54,811 nucleotides of DNA from positions 1 through 54,811 of the forward strand of contig DASVQO010000546.1 of assembly GCA_036389075.1 (NCBI GenBank), written 5' to 3'. Each line of letters begins with the position of its first letter. The stretch's first letter is position 1. The translations under genes were made by a program, and so were the position numbers. This DNA comes from Chloroflexia bacterium. GTDB lineage: Bacteria; Chloroflexota; Chloroflexia; QHBQ01; JADMIH01. This document shows, piece by piece, positions 1 through 9,206 of the stretch. The notes beneath the pieces were generated by a model that saw only the letters and a program-made list of their open reading frames with translations, made no database searches and was not told the origin of the DNA.

Positions 1-100
1 CTAACTACCTCCCCGCCCTCGCCGTAGCCCCCGCCATAGTATGGGTCCTGCAACACTGGCCGTTCTAAGCACGTATGTGGGTAGAGGGCGAGAGCTACGC

Positions 101-121
101 GTAATTCGTAATTCGTAATTT
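101..121. repeat. Tandem heptamer array (GTAATTC)x3
   Basis: gtaattcgtaattcgtaattt read directly. The unit is related to the GYAATTC array at 21033-21068. No inverted partner lies inside the window. Confidence 0.6.
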
Positions 122-134
122 CAAAAGGACTACC

Positions 135-416
135 ATGTTGGGGAAAGAGACGCTAATTCCGATTGCTGCCGTGCTGGTGTTTGTGGTGGCAGTTGTGGGG
201 CTGTTGTTTGGCGAGCGGCTGGGGTGGATGGATATGCTCAGGCAGATACCGCCGGTTGCTATATTCGCGATAGTTGCCTTCGCGTTGCTGGGTGGCTGGA
301 GGATCAGGCCGGGCCGCAGTATAGGCAGCGTGGGGCGCAACATCTGGCTGGCCCTGTTCATCTTTTCCGTGCTCGTCCTCATCTGGCAGGTCGTCTCCTA
401 TTTCCAGGCCCGGTAA
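135..416 (+). CDS. Small hypothetical membrane protein (93 aa, about 3 TM helices)
   Basis: Has hydrophobic helices (IPIAAVLVFVVAVVGLLF, VAIFAIVAFALLGGW, IWLALFIFSVLVLIW). AAGGA lies upstream of the ATG. No family recognised. Confidence 0.45.
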   Translation: MLGKETLIPIAAVLVFVVAVVGLLFGERLGWMDMLRQIPPVAIFAIVAFALLGGWRIRPGRSIGSVGRNIWLALFIFSVLVLIWQVVSYFQAR

Positions 417-894
417 CCATCGCTGGCACGCCCTGCCACTGAAGCCGTCACGACGCCAGCCGGGGTAATTGGCCCACCGCAACCCCCGGCTGGCGTGGGA
501 ACCATATCCTCCCCGGCTGGCCGTTGAGACACGTAAGCCCCATGCCAGCCGCGCCCACTCCCTTGTATCGGGTTGCATAGTACCCCCGCTAACAGACACA
601 TGTCCCCAGCCCGCCGGGACCATCCACCGGCCCCAGCGGGACCACGGACGCCCCCAACCAGGGAGTTGACATCGCGCATATAAGGACCTAAGCATCTTAT
701 CCGCGCGCCCCGCGCGGCCCTATAATCCCCTCGTACGCCAAAGCGAATCATCTGTCGGCCCCGGTGCACTCTATAGCACGGGGTAGAGAGGCGTCTGCAG
801 GGCCTGTCTTTACACTGGTGATGCACGAGGCGTAGCCCGCCGGGGCCTACCGGCAAACCTTATTCCAATATTCTTCAATAGGAGTTATCCAACA

Positions 895-1455
895 ATGTTC
901 AAGAAGCGCTTCAAGGTAAGCATGGCCGCCCTGTGCGTCATGGCTGCCCTCGTCCCCATGTCGGCTTTCGCCGCCGACACCACCGTGACCGTCAACGGCG
1001 GCGCGCTCAGCATCTCGGCCCCCACCGTCGCTACCTTCACCGCCGTGAACATGGACGGCACAGCCAAAGAGACCAACGCCGCAGTGAGCACCTTCAGCGT
1101 CACCGACGCGCGAGGCAACGGCAACGGCTGGCACGTTACCGCCTCGGCAAGCCAGTTCGCTGAATGGAGCGGCGGCGCATACGTTACCGACGGCAAGACC
1201 CTGGCTGCAGGCTCGCTAGAGCTGTCTGAGCCGAGCGCTACCGCCAACGGCACTGACTCGCCCGCCCCCACCGTCGAGTCCGGCCCCTACACCGTCGATG
1301 ACGGCTCCGGCGTGACCCTGGCGAGCGCCGCCGTGGACGAGGGTATGGGCAAGTACGACTTCGGGGCCACCAGCCTCACCCTGAGCATACCCGCCGACGC
1401 CTACGCAAGGACCTACAAGAGCACCGTCACCATCAGCGTCACCACCGCACCCTGA
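895..1455 (+). CDS. Secreted WxL-domain-like cell-surface protein
   Basis: Signal peptide MFKKRFKVSMAALCVMAALVPMSAFA. Motif TDARGNGNGWHVTASASQF resembles the proximal WxL-family motif (D.RG..GW.l). The C-terminus YKSTVTISVTTAP resembles the distal Y..tltWtL.dAP motif but with W replaced. The next gene is DUF916-like, as in WxL loci. Confidence 0.65.
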   Translation: MFKKRFKVSMAALCVMAALVPMSAFAADTTVTVNGGALSISAPTVATFTAVNMDGTAKETNAAVSTFSVTDARGNGNGWHVTASASQFAEWSGGAYVTDGKTLAAGSLELSEPSATANGTDSPAPTVESGPYTVDDGSGVTLASAAVDEGMGKYDFGATSLTLSIPADAYARTYKSTVTISVTTAP

Positions 1456-1472
1456 CCGGGCCGCTCGCGCAC

Positions 1473-1503
1473 GGGGGCTGCCGTTCGGTAGCCCCCTGTT
1501 CCG
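1473..1503 (+). terminator. Possible intra-operon attenuator or partial terminator hairpin
   Basis: gggggct (1473-1479) pairs with agccccc (1490-1496) around a 10-nt loop. It is followed by a weak T-containing tract, between the WxL-like gene and the DUF916-like gene. Confidence 0.35.
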
Positions 1504-1532
1504 TCCAAACAGCCGGGGAGAAGAAGAGAGAC

Positions 1533-2639
1533 ATGAGAGTACGTAACATCATCGCCGCCGCTGCCCTGCTGGCCTGCCTGCACTCGGCCCGGGCGTTACC
1601 CGCCTCGGCCCAGGAAGGCGCAGAGGTCAGCGATTTTTCGCTTACAGCGGTCAGCGACACGCAACAGCCCCTCGTCACCGACAAAGGTTACTTCATCTAC
1701 CAGCTAGCCCCCGGCAGCACGAGCACGGGCAGTCTGCTGGTCAAGAACAGCGGCGATAAGCCCCTGGAAGTGCAGCTTGCAGTCGTGCCCGCCATGACCG
1801 CCCAGAACGGTGGCAGCACCTTCGGCGCGCCCGGCAGCGGCAGCCAGGGTCCTGCCGGTTGGGTAACGCTCGACCGCCCCAGCGTCAGCCTGGAAGCGGG
1901 CGCGTCAAGCTCGGTTAGGTTCGCCGTGAGAGTGCCCGGCGCCACCAGGCCGGGGCAGTACCTCGCGGGCATCGCCGCTTACAAACCCAGCGCCCAAGTC
2001 ACACGCCAGGTAAGCAACGGCCAGAACCAGGCCAGCGCCATACTCGACGTGCAGATGCGCTACGTGGTAGCCGTGCAGGTAGACGTGCCGGGCGCGTGGC
2101 AGGCCGCCATGTCCATCCCCGAGGTGAGCCTCATGGAGCAGCCATCCGGCCCGGTCCTCGGCCTGCGCATCAAGAACAGCGGCGACACGCTCCTGCGGCC
2201 CACAGGCACGGTGAAGGTGGTAGATGAGAGCGGCAACACGGTAGTGGAGCGGGCCGTCAACATGGGCACGTTCGTCGCGGGCACCGAGGTACGCTACCCC
2301 GTGCCCTGGCCGTCTATCCCCAGGCCCGGCGGCTATAACGTGCGCGTGGTGTTGAACTACGGCGAGGGCAAGACCGCCACCTACGACCACGCCATGCAGA
2401 TAGAAGCACGGCAGGACGCAGCGCCTGCGCTTCCCAAAACCAACGGCCAGGACGTCCCGGCCCCCGAAGCACCGGACGTCGCTACCACCAATGCGGCACA
2501 GGCACGGGGCGCGGGCGTGGTGCTGATGGCTATCGAACCCTGGATGCTGTACGGCTTCGGCTTCGCCCTGCTGGCAATCCTGGTGCTACTAGCCCTCAAC
2601 CTGGCCGCCGGGCGCAAGCGGCAGTCCGGATCGGACTAG
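1533..2639 (+). CDS. DUF916/DUF3324-like (WxL-interacting) surface protein with C-terminal membrane anchor
   Basis: Has a signal peptide. GYFIYQLAPGSTSTGSLLVKNSGDKPLEVQLAVVPAMTAQNGG matches the DUF916 pattern (pG...v.v.N.s...v....a.t..nG). There is a second Ig-like half (LGLRIKNSGDTLLRPTGTV). The C-terminal TM helix is followed by GRKRQ. Confidence 0.65.
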   Translation: MRVRNIIAAAALLACLHSARALPASAQEGAEVSDFSLTAVSDTQQPLVTDKGYFIYQLAPGSTSTGSLLVKNSGDKPLEVQLAVVPAMTAQNGGSTFGAPGSGSQGPAGWVTLDRPSVSLEAGASSSVRFAVRVPGATRPGQYLAGIAAYKPSAQVTRQVSNGQNQASAILDVQMRYVVAVQVDVPGAWQAAMSIPEVSLMEQPSGPVLGLRIKNSGDTLLRPTGTVKVVDESGNTVVERAVNMGTFVAGTEVRYPVPWPSIPRPGGYNVRVVLNYGEGKTATYDHAMQIEARQDAAPALPKTNGQDVPAPEAPDVATTNAAQARGAGVVLMAIEPWMLYGFGFALLAILVLLALNLAAGRKRQSGSD

Positions 2640-2690
2640 TACCGCGCGCTCCACGAGACGGTCAGGCCACAGCTAAATATAACAACCGGG

Positions 2691-2723
2691 AAGGTGGGTC
2701 TGCGGACCCACCTTTCTTTTTGT
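2691..2723 (+). terminator. Rho-independent terminator
   Basis: aaggtgggtc-tgcg-gacccacctt forms a perfect 10-bp stem, followed by tctttttgt. Confidence 0.75.
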
Positions 2724-2802
2724 AATTCCGCTCAAATTGCTGTCGAAATCAGCCCTCCGAGCCGGAATAACCATTAGACCACCCTTCCCGCACGGACCGG
2801 TA

Positions 2803-3891
2803 ATGCACCCACAAACACCCTACTACATAGCCCTGAGCAAAGTGCCCGGCGTGGGCGTGGCCAGGGTGCGGCGGCTGCTCGACCATTTCGGCAGCGTCGA
2901 GACGGCCTGGCATGCTACTCTGGGCGACCTGCTGGCCTCCGGCCTTGACGCCAGGTCGGCCTTGTCGTTGGTGGAGACGCGCCGCACCGCCAGCCTGGAG
3001 TCGGACCTGGAACGGCTGGCGAAGCTCGGGGGCCGGGCCTTATCCTGGGAGGACGACGAGTACCCCCAGCGCCTCAAGGAGACGGGCAGCATGCCCCCGG
3101 TGCTTTACGTGCTGGGGGAGATAACGCCGCAGGACGCCTGGGCGGTGGGCATAGTGGGCACCAGGCGCGCCACCCACTACGGCAGGGAGGCGGCCCAACG
3201 CATCACTGCGGGCCTGGTGGAGGCGGGGGTGAGCGTGGTGTCCGGCCTGGCGCGCGGCATAGACACGGTGGCGCACAGGGCCGCGCTGGAGGCGGGCGGC
3301 AGGACGCTGGCGGTGCTCGGCTCCGGCCTCGACGTGATTTACCCGCCCGAGAACCGCAACCTCGCCAGGCAGATAGCAGAGGAGGGCCTGGGCGCGGTCC
3401 TCACCGAGTACCCCCTTGGTACCCAGCCCGACGCGGTCAACTTCCCCCCACGCAACAGGATCATCAGCGGCCTGTCACTGGGCGTGCTCGTGGTGGAGGC
3501 CGCCGAGAAGAGCGGAGCGCTCATCACGGTGGAGTTCGCGCTGGAGCAGGGCCGGGACGTGTTCGCCGTGCCCGGCCCTCTCACCAGCCGCCTGAGCGAA
3601 GGCACCAACAGCCTCATCAAGAAGGGCGCGAAGTGTGTCACCCACGCCGCTGACATACTGGAAGAGCTACACCTCAACATGGTCACCGAGCACGTAGCGG
3701 CGGTACGCGCCCTCCCCGCCGACCCCACCGAGCGCATGCTCCTCGAACACCTCCAGGACGACCCCCAGCACATCGACCACCTCACCAACCTCAGCGGCCT
3801 CCCCGCCTCCACCGTCAGCGCCGTGCTCACGATGATGGAGCTGAAGGGGCTGGTGCGGTGTATTGGCGGGATGCAGTATGCCGCGAGGTAG
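2803..3891 (+). CDS. dprA: DNA-processing protein DprA (Smf)
   Basis: GIVGTRRATHYG, LARGIDTVAHRAALEAGGRTLAVLGSGLDVIYPPENRNLA, PRNRIISGLS and GALITVEFALEQGRDVFAVPG are classic DprA Rossmann-domain motifs. The start was moved to ATG 2803 (MHPQTPYYIAL) inside ORF 2737..3891. Confidence 0.9.
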   Translation: MHPQTPYYIALSKVPGVGVARVRRLLDHFGSVETAWHATLGDLLASGLDARSALSLVETRRTASLESDLERLAKLGGRALSWEDDEYPQRLKETGSMPPVLYVLGEITPQDAWAVGIVGTRRATHYGREAAQRITAGLVEAGVSVVSGLARGIDTVAHRAALEAGGRTLAVLGSGLDVIYPPENRNLARQIAEEGLGAVLTEYPLGTQPDAVNFPPRNRIISGLSLGVLVVEAAEKSGALITVEFALEQGRDVFAVPGPLTSRLSEGTNSLIKKGAKCVTHAADILEELHLNMVTEHVAAVRALPADPTERMLLEHLQDDPQHIDHLTNLSGLPASTVSAVLTMMELKGLVRCIGGMQYAAR

Positions 3892-4076
3892 GGTTTTGCC
3901 TATAGCGTGTGGCACGCTAAACAAGTAACACTAACAAGACCAAGGTAGGAGCAGGTACGAGTGTATATTCGCACACACTAGAGCAGATTGCGAATGGATC
4001 TCTTGCATGGGGATAACCCTCGCTGACGCGCTCGCCTCCTGTTATACTGGCATGGCTAAAATACGCAGATAAGCGT

Positions 4077-5747
4077 ATGGATGAGGGACTACTCTTAGTG
4101 AAGCCTATAGCAACGCACCAAAAGCTTAGAGGGGGATACTACACCCCAAAGCGAATAGCTGACTTCCTCGCACAGTGGGCTATCCAGTCACCAACGCAAG
4201 AAGTTTTAGAACCAAGCTGTGGCGATGGAGCGATATTGCTGTCAGCCGTTAACAGGGTCCTGGAGCTCAACAACCATCAAGGACCCACCAGCCAAGTACT
4301 TGTCCACGGCGTCGAGTTTGATCCAATTGAGGCGACAAAAGCGGAGAGTCAAGTACAAGCTATTCTGGGCGCGCATCCATTTGCTCGGGTCTATCGAGGT
4401 GATTTCTTTGCATTTTGCCAACGGTGTTTACAGGAGGAGCGCCTGTTTGACACGGTAGTAGGAAATCCCCCATTCATACGGTATCAGAACTTCCTTGAGG
4501 AGCATCGGACAGCAGCATTCGAGGTCATGCACCAAGCTGGGCTCCACCCGAATAGGCTTACAAATGCCTGGCTTCCATTCCTTGTGGCATCTACATTGTT
4601 GTTGAGGAAACGTGGCCGTATTGCTATGGTTATACCAGCGGAGCTTCTTCAAGTGGACTATGCCGCAGAACTGCGGTCGTTCCTCAGCCAACAATACAGT
4701 AAGATAACACTTGTCACCTTTAAGCGCCTGGTGTTCGAGGGCATTCAGCAAGAAGTTGTACTGCTGTTAGGTGAGCGGAATGGTGACGCACATACTGGCA
4801 TCAGAACAATTGAACTTGATGGGTTAGATGATCTCACCTTATTTGAACATACAGACTTCTCGGCAAATCAACTCAAGCCTCTGGATCACTCCAAAGAGAA
4901 GTGGACCAGATACTTCCTAGAGCCGGAGGAACTTGGGTTATTGCGAGAACTTGAACTGCACCCCAAGCTAATATCCGCTAGCAACATCATTGATGTTGAC
5001 GTAGGAATCGTTACCGGCCTGAACGAGTTTTTTGTATTAACTCAGGAACAGGTTGTAACTCACTCTCTAGAACCCTACACCCACCGCATTGTGGGACGCT
5101 CAGGTCATCTGCCAGGTGTTCTGTTTAGTGAGTTGGATTGGAAAGCAAACGCCGCAAATAACCATCCTGCCTTTCTGCTTAGGTTACCGGACGTGCCATT
5201 CGAGGCGCTACCCGGTCCAGCCCAGAAGTACGTTACTATGGGAGAGGAAAAGGAGATAAATAAGGGGTACAAGTGCAGGATACGCAAGCACTGGTACACT
5301 GTTCCATCTGTCTGGACACCCCAGGCTTTCATGTTGCGGCAGGTACATGCTTACCCCAAGTTGGTTGTTAACGCAGCCGAGGCTACCTGCACCGATACTA
5401 TACACAGGGTGAAGCTCCTAAACGGCGTTGCTGCGCCTACTATAGCTGCTGCCTTCTTGAACTCGCTTACATTTGCCTTCACCGAAGTTTTAGGGCGGAG
5501 TTATGGCGGTGGTGTCCTTGAACTTGAACCCAGAGAAGCAGAGAAGTTACCGCTGCCACTACTTGGAGCTGAAGCATTAGACCTGAACAAAATCAACGAC
5601 CTATTACTTGCGGGTAAAATTATTGAGGTCTTGGATATGACCGACAAACAGCTCTTGCAGGATGGCCTTGGCTTGACCGCGAGTGACAGCAAGACGCTTC
5701 GGAGTATTTGGGAGAAGCTTAGAGATCGACGTATAAACAGGAAGTAA
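4077..5747 (+). CDS. Gamma-class N6-adenine DNA methyltransferase (Eco57I/TaqI-like, with C-terminal target-recognition domain)
   Basis: SAM motif I is LEPSCGDGAIL. Catalytic motif IV is VVGNPPFIRYQNF (NPPF). The N-terminus has YYTP. There is a long C-terminal TRD-like region. G+C is lower than the flanks by eye. Confidence 0.85.
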   Translation: MDEGLLLVKPIATHQKLRGGYYTPKRIADFLAQWAIQSPTQEVLEPSCGDGAILLSAVNRVLELNNHQGPTSQVLVHGVEFDPIEATKAESQVQAILGAHPFARVYRGDFFAFCQRCLQEERLFDTVVGNPPFIRYQNFLEEHRTAAFEVMHQAGLHPNRLTNAWLPFLVASTLLLRKRGRIAMVIPAELLQVDYAAELRSFLSQQYSKITLVTFKRLVFEGIQQEVVLLLGERNGDAHTGIRTIELDGLDDLTLFEHTDFSANQLKPLDHSKEKWTRYFLEPEELGLLRELELHPKLISASNIIDVDVGIVTGLNEFFVLTQEQVVTHSLEPYTHRIVGRSGHLPGVLFSELDWKANAANNHPAFLLRLPDVPFEALPGPAQKYVTMGEEKEINKGYKCRIRKHWYTVPSVWTPQAFMLRQVHAYPKLVVNAAEATCTDTIHRVKLLNGVAAPTIAAAFLNSLTFAFTEVLGRSYGGGVLELEPREAEKLPLPLLGAEALDLNKINDLLLAGKIIEVLDMTDKQLLQDGLGLTASDSKTLRSIWEKLRDRRINRK

Positions 5748-5753
5748 GAAGAT

Positions 5754-6506
5754 ATGCCCTCTCCAACACGGCCTCGATTGGCGCGCGTGCCCAAGTATAC
5801 GCTGGGGACCATGCCTGCAATTGACGTCTCTCAGGCCACCCTGGCAGAATTTGGGAAGGTATGGCTTGCCAATAAGCAGAGTTTAAGCCGGACTCCACCC
5901 TATTCATCTAACGAGTTGGGTGGGCTGTTCGACATGGCTGTAGGTAAAGCGCTTGCAGTATTGTTAGGGGATGTTCCTATAGAGGTTCCAAGCTCTACAG
6001 CCCTGACACCCACATTGCCTAATTGTGTGGAGGTCGGTCCAGTTCGGATTATAGGAGGTGTACGTCCGCAGAACTTTGACGTGGGATATCGGCCTGATGG
6101 CGTGCGATTTGCCTTCGATAGTAAGACCCTCAATGATAAGAAGAGCATTGGTAAGAACTGGCAGAACATGATTAATGATCTGGCGACAGAAGCGACAACT
6201 GTGCACACCAGGTTTCCCCATGCAGTCGTTGCCTTCATGCTGATCGTGCCACAGCCTGTACTTTCAGCTCCACGCGAGAGGGCAATAATAGGCACTTTAG
6301 AGCGTCTTGCGCGCCGTGTGAACGTGGATGACCCCAACCACCTGGCTGAGGCTATCTCCTTTGTGCTCTGGAATCCTGCTGATGGCAGCATCGATCCCAA
6401 CGTGCCGGACCCGGCTTCTCCTTTGCGCATTCAGAACTTCTCTGTGCAAGTACAGGCGGCTTACGTCAATCGTTATAAAGGTCTCCCACCCCATGCCGCC
6501 GAGTAG
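5754..6506 (+). CDS. Candidate type II restriction endonuclease (PD-(D/E)xK-like) partnered with the methyltransferase
   Basis: Starts 7 nt after the MTase stop, with AGGAAG upstream. QNFDVGYRPDGVRFAFDSKTL fits D...(D/E)xK geometry. It has the same low-G+C character. No family recognised by eye. Confidence 0.5.
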   Translation: MPSPTRPRLARVPKYTLGTMPAIDVSQATLAEFGKVWLANKQSLSRTPPYSSNELGGLFDMAVGKALAVLLGDVPIEVPSSTALTPTLPNCVEVGPVRIIGGVRPQNFDVGYRPDGVRFAFDSKTLNDKKSIGKNWQNMINDLATEATTVHTRFPHAVVAFMLIVPQPVLSAPRERAIIGTLERLARRVNVDDPNHLAEAISFVLWNPADGSIDPNVPDPASPLRIQNFSVQVQAAYVNRYKGLPPHAAE

Positions 6507-6720
6507 CCTGACGTTCCTGCGGCAGTTACGAAAGTCTCAAATCCCGAATTTCCGTAGTCAGCCGCACAGGCAGGCTTAACAGCGCCGCATCTAGTGCACG
6601 CCAGCGACAGCCCATACAGGGTCCGCAGGCGGATTTACTCTCCCTCTCATGCCCCTGGCTGCAAACCCCCTCATGCCGCATAATGGTACACTATGGCGTG
6701 CGTGCAAGGGAGGACCTAAC

Positions 6721-7572
6721 TTGACAATCGGGGCTGAGGCGCTGGCCGTCGTCTATGGCCTGGCGTCGGCGCTCACCTGGGGCGCGGGCGATTTCACTGG
6801 AGGGCTGGCGACGCGCCGGGCCAGCCCCTACGCCGTGGTGGCGATATCCCAGTGCGTTGGCTTGCTGCTCCTGTTGGCCCTCGCGCTCCTCCTGGGCGAG
6901 CCGCTACCCCCGCCGGTAGACCTCGTATGGGGCGCGCTTGCCGGCCTCATGGGCGCGATAGCGGTGCTGCTGCTCTACCGCGCGCTCGCCATGGGCCAGA
7001 TGGGCATAGCGGCCCCCATCACGGCGGTGCTCGCCGCCATCGCGCCCGTCATCTTCAGTGCGTTCACGGAAGGTGCCCCCAGCACCGTGCAGCTTGCGGG
7101 CTTCGCAGTCGCCGTCATGGGCGTGTGGCTGCTATCGAGGCCCAGCGGCCCCGTTGGCAAGCCCCAGGGTATAGGCGTGGCCGTGCTGGCGGGCCTGGCT
7201 ATCGGGGCCTTCCTCATACTGCTGCAACAGGCGGGCACCACGGCCCTCTACTGGCCCCTGGTGTCGGCACGCATCGCCGCCCTCGCCCTGATGGTCCCGC
7301 TCGCGCTGCTCAATCGCGGGGCCGGTGGGTTCCCCGAACGCCGCGTCCTGCCGCTACCTGTAATGTCGGGCGTGATGGACGCAGCGGGTAACGCCTTCTT
7401 CGTGCTAGCCGCCCAGGTCGGCCGCCTCGACGTGGCGACGGTGATGTCCTCCCTCTACCCCGCCAGCACCATCCTGCTGGCCGCCGTCGTGTTGAAGGAG
7501 CGGGTCACGCGCATGCAGGTGGCCGGTATCGTGGCCGCCTTGGCAGCTATCGCCCTCATCGCCTCCTCATAG
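6721..7572 (+). CDS. EamA/DMT-family transporter (10 TM)
   Basis: Two homologous 5-TM halves (LASALTWGAGDF..., VMSSLYPASTILLAAVVLKERVT) are typical of EamA. The start is proposed at TTG 6721, which follows GGGAGG, inside ORF 6649..7572. Confidence 0.8.
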   Translation: MTIGAEALAVVYGLASALTWGAGDFTGGLATRRASPYAVVAISQCVGLLLLLALALLLGEPLPPPVDLVWGALAGLMGAIAVLLLYRALAMGQMGIAAPITAVLAAIAPVIFSAFTEGAPSTVQLAGFAVAVMGVWLLSRPSGPVGKPQGIGVAVLAGLAIGAFLILLQQAGTTALYWPLVSARIAALALMVPLALLNRGAGGFPERRVLPLPVMSGVMDAAGNAFFVLAAQVGRLDVATVMSSLYPASTILLAAVVLKERVTRMQVAGIVAALAAIALIASS

Positions 7573-7624
7573 CACGCGCACACCCCAAGTCCCTGAGCAT
7601 CGCGGCAACACCAACAAAGAGACG

Positions 7625-7822
7625 GAAACGCCAAGACGCCAAGACGCCAAGAACCACGCCAAGATTATGGATGGTGTGCTTAGCAAGGGGACCAGGGTAC
7701 GTAATGTCAATCGCTGGCCCTCCTTGTCCTCGCTAAACCTCACTTATCGTTGCGCGTTCTTTGCGTCTTTGCGTTTTCGTACTCTTGGCGTGGTCCTTGG
7801 CGTCTTGACGTCTTGGCGTTTC
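7625..7822. repeat. ACGCCAAG-octamer inverted-repeat element, copy 1
   Basis: Left arm is gaa(acgccaag)x3 aaccacgccaagat (7625-7665). Right arm is cttggcgtggtccttggcgtcttgacgtcttggcgtttc (7784-7822). The interior holds a CAGGGTAC-type hairpin and a degenerate CTTTGCGT array (7749-7780). Confidence 0.75.
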
Positions 7823-7841
7823 AATGCTCAAGCGTCCTGTA

Positions 7842-7850
7842 TGGTATAAT
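7842..7850 (+). promoter_or_regulatory. Extended -10 promoter element upstream of fabF
   Basis: tggtataat (TGnTATAAT) lies about 40 nt upstream of the fabF ATG. There is no good -35. Confidence 0.4.
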
Positions 7851-7890
7851 CGAAGGGAGCCTATCGCTAAAGAGTGGAGGATAATACAGC

Positions 7891-9141
7891 ATGGAAAACG
7901 GGCGGCGGAGGGTGGTCATTACGGGCATGGGAGCGGTGTCGCCCCTCGGTAACGACGTGGAAAGCTCCTGGCGCGGGGCCATCGAGGGCCGCTCCGGCGT
8001 GACGACGATCACCCGGTTCGACACCACCCAGTACGAAACGCGCATCGCGGCTGAGGTCAAGGACTTCAACACCGACGAATATATAGCCCCCAAAGAGCAG
8101 CGGCGCATGGACCGCTTCATCCACTACGCCATCGCCGTCTGCAAGCAGGCCGCGGCCCAGGCCAGGCTGGAGATCACCCCCGACAACGCCGAGGAGATAG
8201 GCGTGCTCATGGGCTCCGGCATCGGCGGCATAGAGACCCTCACTAACGCCGTGCTGACCATCCACGAAAAAGGCCCCAGCCGCGTCAGCCCCTTCACCAT
8301 ACCCATGCTCCTCACCGACCTCGCCGCCGGGCAGGTCTCCATCCAGATGGGCCTCAAGGGGCCTAACTTCGCCGTCGTATCCGCCTGCTCCTCCGGCGCG
8401 CACGCGATAGGGGAAGCCGCCGAACTGATCAAGCGCGGCCAGGCCAGGGCCATGTTCGCGGGCGGCTCGGAGGCCACCGTGTGCGAGGTCGGCGTGGCTA
8501 CCTTCGGCGCGATGAAGGCCCTCTCCACCCGCAACGACGACCCGGCCGGCGCTTCCCGCCCCTTCGACAAGCTGCGCGACGGCTTCGTGCTCGCCGAGGG
8601 CGCCGCCGCCGTGCTGCTCGAAGACCTCGAATACGCGAAGGCCCGGGGCGCTACTATCATAGCCGAGGTGGTCGGCTACGGCTCGACCTCCGACGCCAGC
8701 CACGTCACCGCCCCAGCCGAGGGTGGCGAGGGCGCAGCCCGTGCCATGCGCATGGCCCTGCGGAGCGCGGGGCTGAAGCCCCAGGACATTAGCTACATCA
8801 ACGCCCACGGCACCGGCACCCAACTCAACGAGAAGTACGAGACGCTGGCTATCAAGGGCGCTTTGGGCGAGCATGCCTACCGCGTGCCTATCTCCTCCAC
8901 CAAGAGCATGACCGGCCACATGCTCGGCGCGGCGGGCAGCATGGAGGCCATCTTCTGCATCAAGGCCCTCCATGAGGGCATCGTCCCGCCCACCATCAAC
9001 CAGGAAGTGCCCGATCCCGACTGCGACCTCGACTACATCCCCAACGAGGCCCGCCACGTCAACGTGCGCTACGCTATGTCCAACAGCATGGGCTTCGGAG
9101 GCCACAACGCCGTGCTCATCCTCACGCGCTACGAGGACTAG
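7891..9141 (+). CDS. fabF: Beta-ketoacyl-ACP synthase II
   Basis: RVVITGMGAVSPLGN; active-site region VVSACSSGAHAIGEA; NAHGTGTQLND-like INAHGTGTQLNEKYE; C-terminal NSMGFGGHNAVL. GGAGG RBS is present. Confidence 0.95.
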   Translation: MENGRRRVVITGMGAVSPLGNDVESSWRGAIEGRSGVTTITRFDTTQYETRIAAEVKDFNTDEYIAPKEQRRMDRFIHYAIAVCKQAAAQARLEITPDNAEEIGVLMGSGIGGIETLTNAVLTIHEKGPSRVSPFTIPMLLTDLAAGQVSIQMGLKGPNFAVVSACSSGAHAIGEAAELIKRGQARAMFAGGSEATVCEVGVATFGAMKALSTRNDDPAGASRPFDKLRDGFVLAEGAAAVLLEDLEYAKARGATIIAEVVGYGSTSDASHVTAPAEGGEGAARAMRMALRSAGLKPQDISYINAHGTGTQLNEKYETLAIKGALGEHAYRVPISSTKSMTGHMLGAAGSMEAIFCIKALHEGIVPPTINQEVPDPDCDLDYIPNEARHVNVRYAMSNSMGFGGHNAVLILTRYED

Positions 9142-9176
9142 ATCACTCTGCCTGCATCTAAATAGGACCGGAGTTT

Positions 9177-9206
9177 GAGGACCGTCATGCGGTCCTCATT
9201 TGCTTT
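9177..9206 (+). terminator. Rho-independent terminator after fabF
   Basis: gaggaccg-tcatg-cggtcctc followed by atttgcttt. Confidence 0.65.

Noticed and set aside
1-94. Possible 3' or 5' end of a gene running off the left edge.
   Set aside because: No frame gives a recognisable peptide in the available ~90 nt, and there is no basis for a call.
153-856. ORFs of 150-180 aa (153..695 and 398..856, minus strand) and short plus-strand ORFs in the 420-894 gap.
   Set aside because: The translations are low-complexity Arg/Trp/Gly/Pro-rich strings with no start context or motif. The region contains scattered CCGGCTGG-like repeats and a GC hairpin (ccgcgcg-cccc-cgcgcgg, about 701-718). I treat it as non-coding with unknown function and did not find a convincing promoter for the WxL-like gene.
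7625-7665. Possible CRISPR array, suggested by the short direct repeats here and at 12756-12793, 21033-21068, 34351-34393 and 47674-47719.
   Set aside because: The units are 7-8 bp and directly abutting with no spacers, and each has a reverse-complement partner nearby. There are no 25-40-bp repeats or cas genes. These are tandem micro-repeats, not CRISPR.
7867-9105. 412-aa ORF antisense to fabF. Similar long antisense or off-frame ORFs lie at 21078..22646 (opposite rpoD), 12986..14098, 44394..45848, 47822..48631, 49759..50817, 37703..38425 and 53131..53730.
   Set aside because: Their composition is typical of stop-poor frames in high-G+C DNA (Arg/Gly/Ala/His/Val-rich, no motifs). In each case the opposite or alternative frame encodes a protein with unmistakable family motifs.
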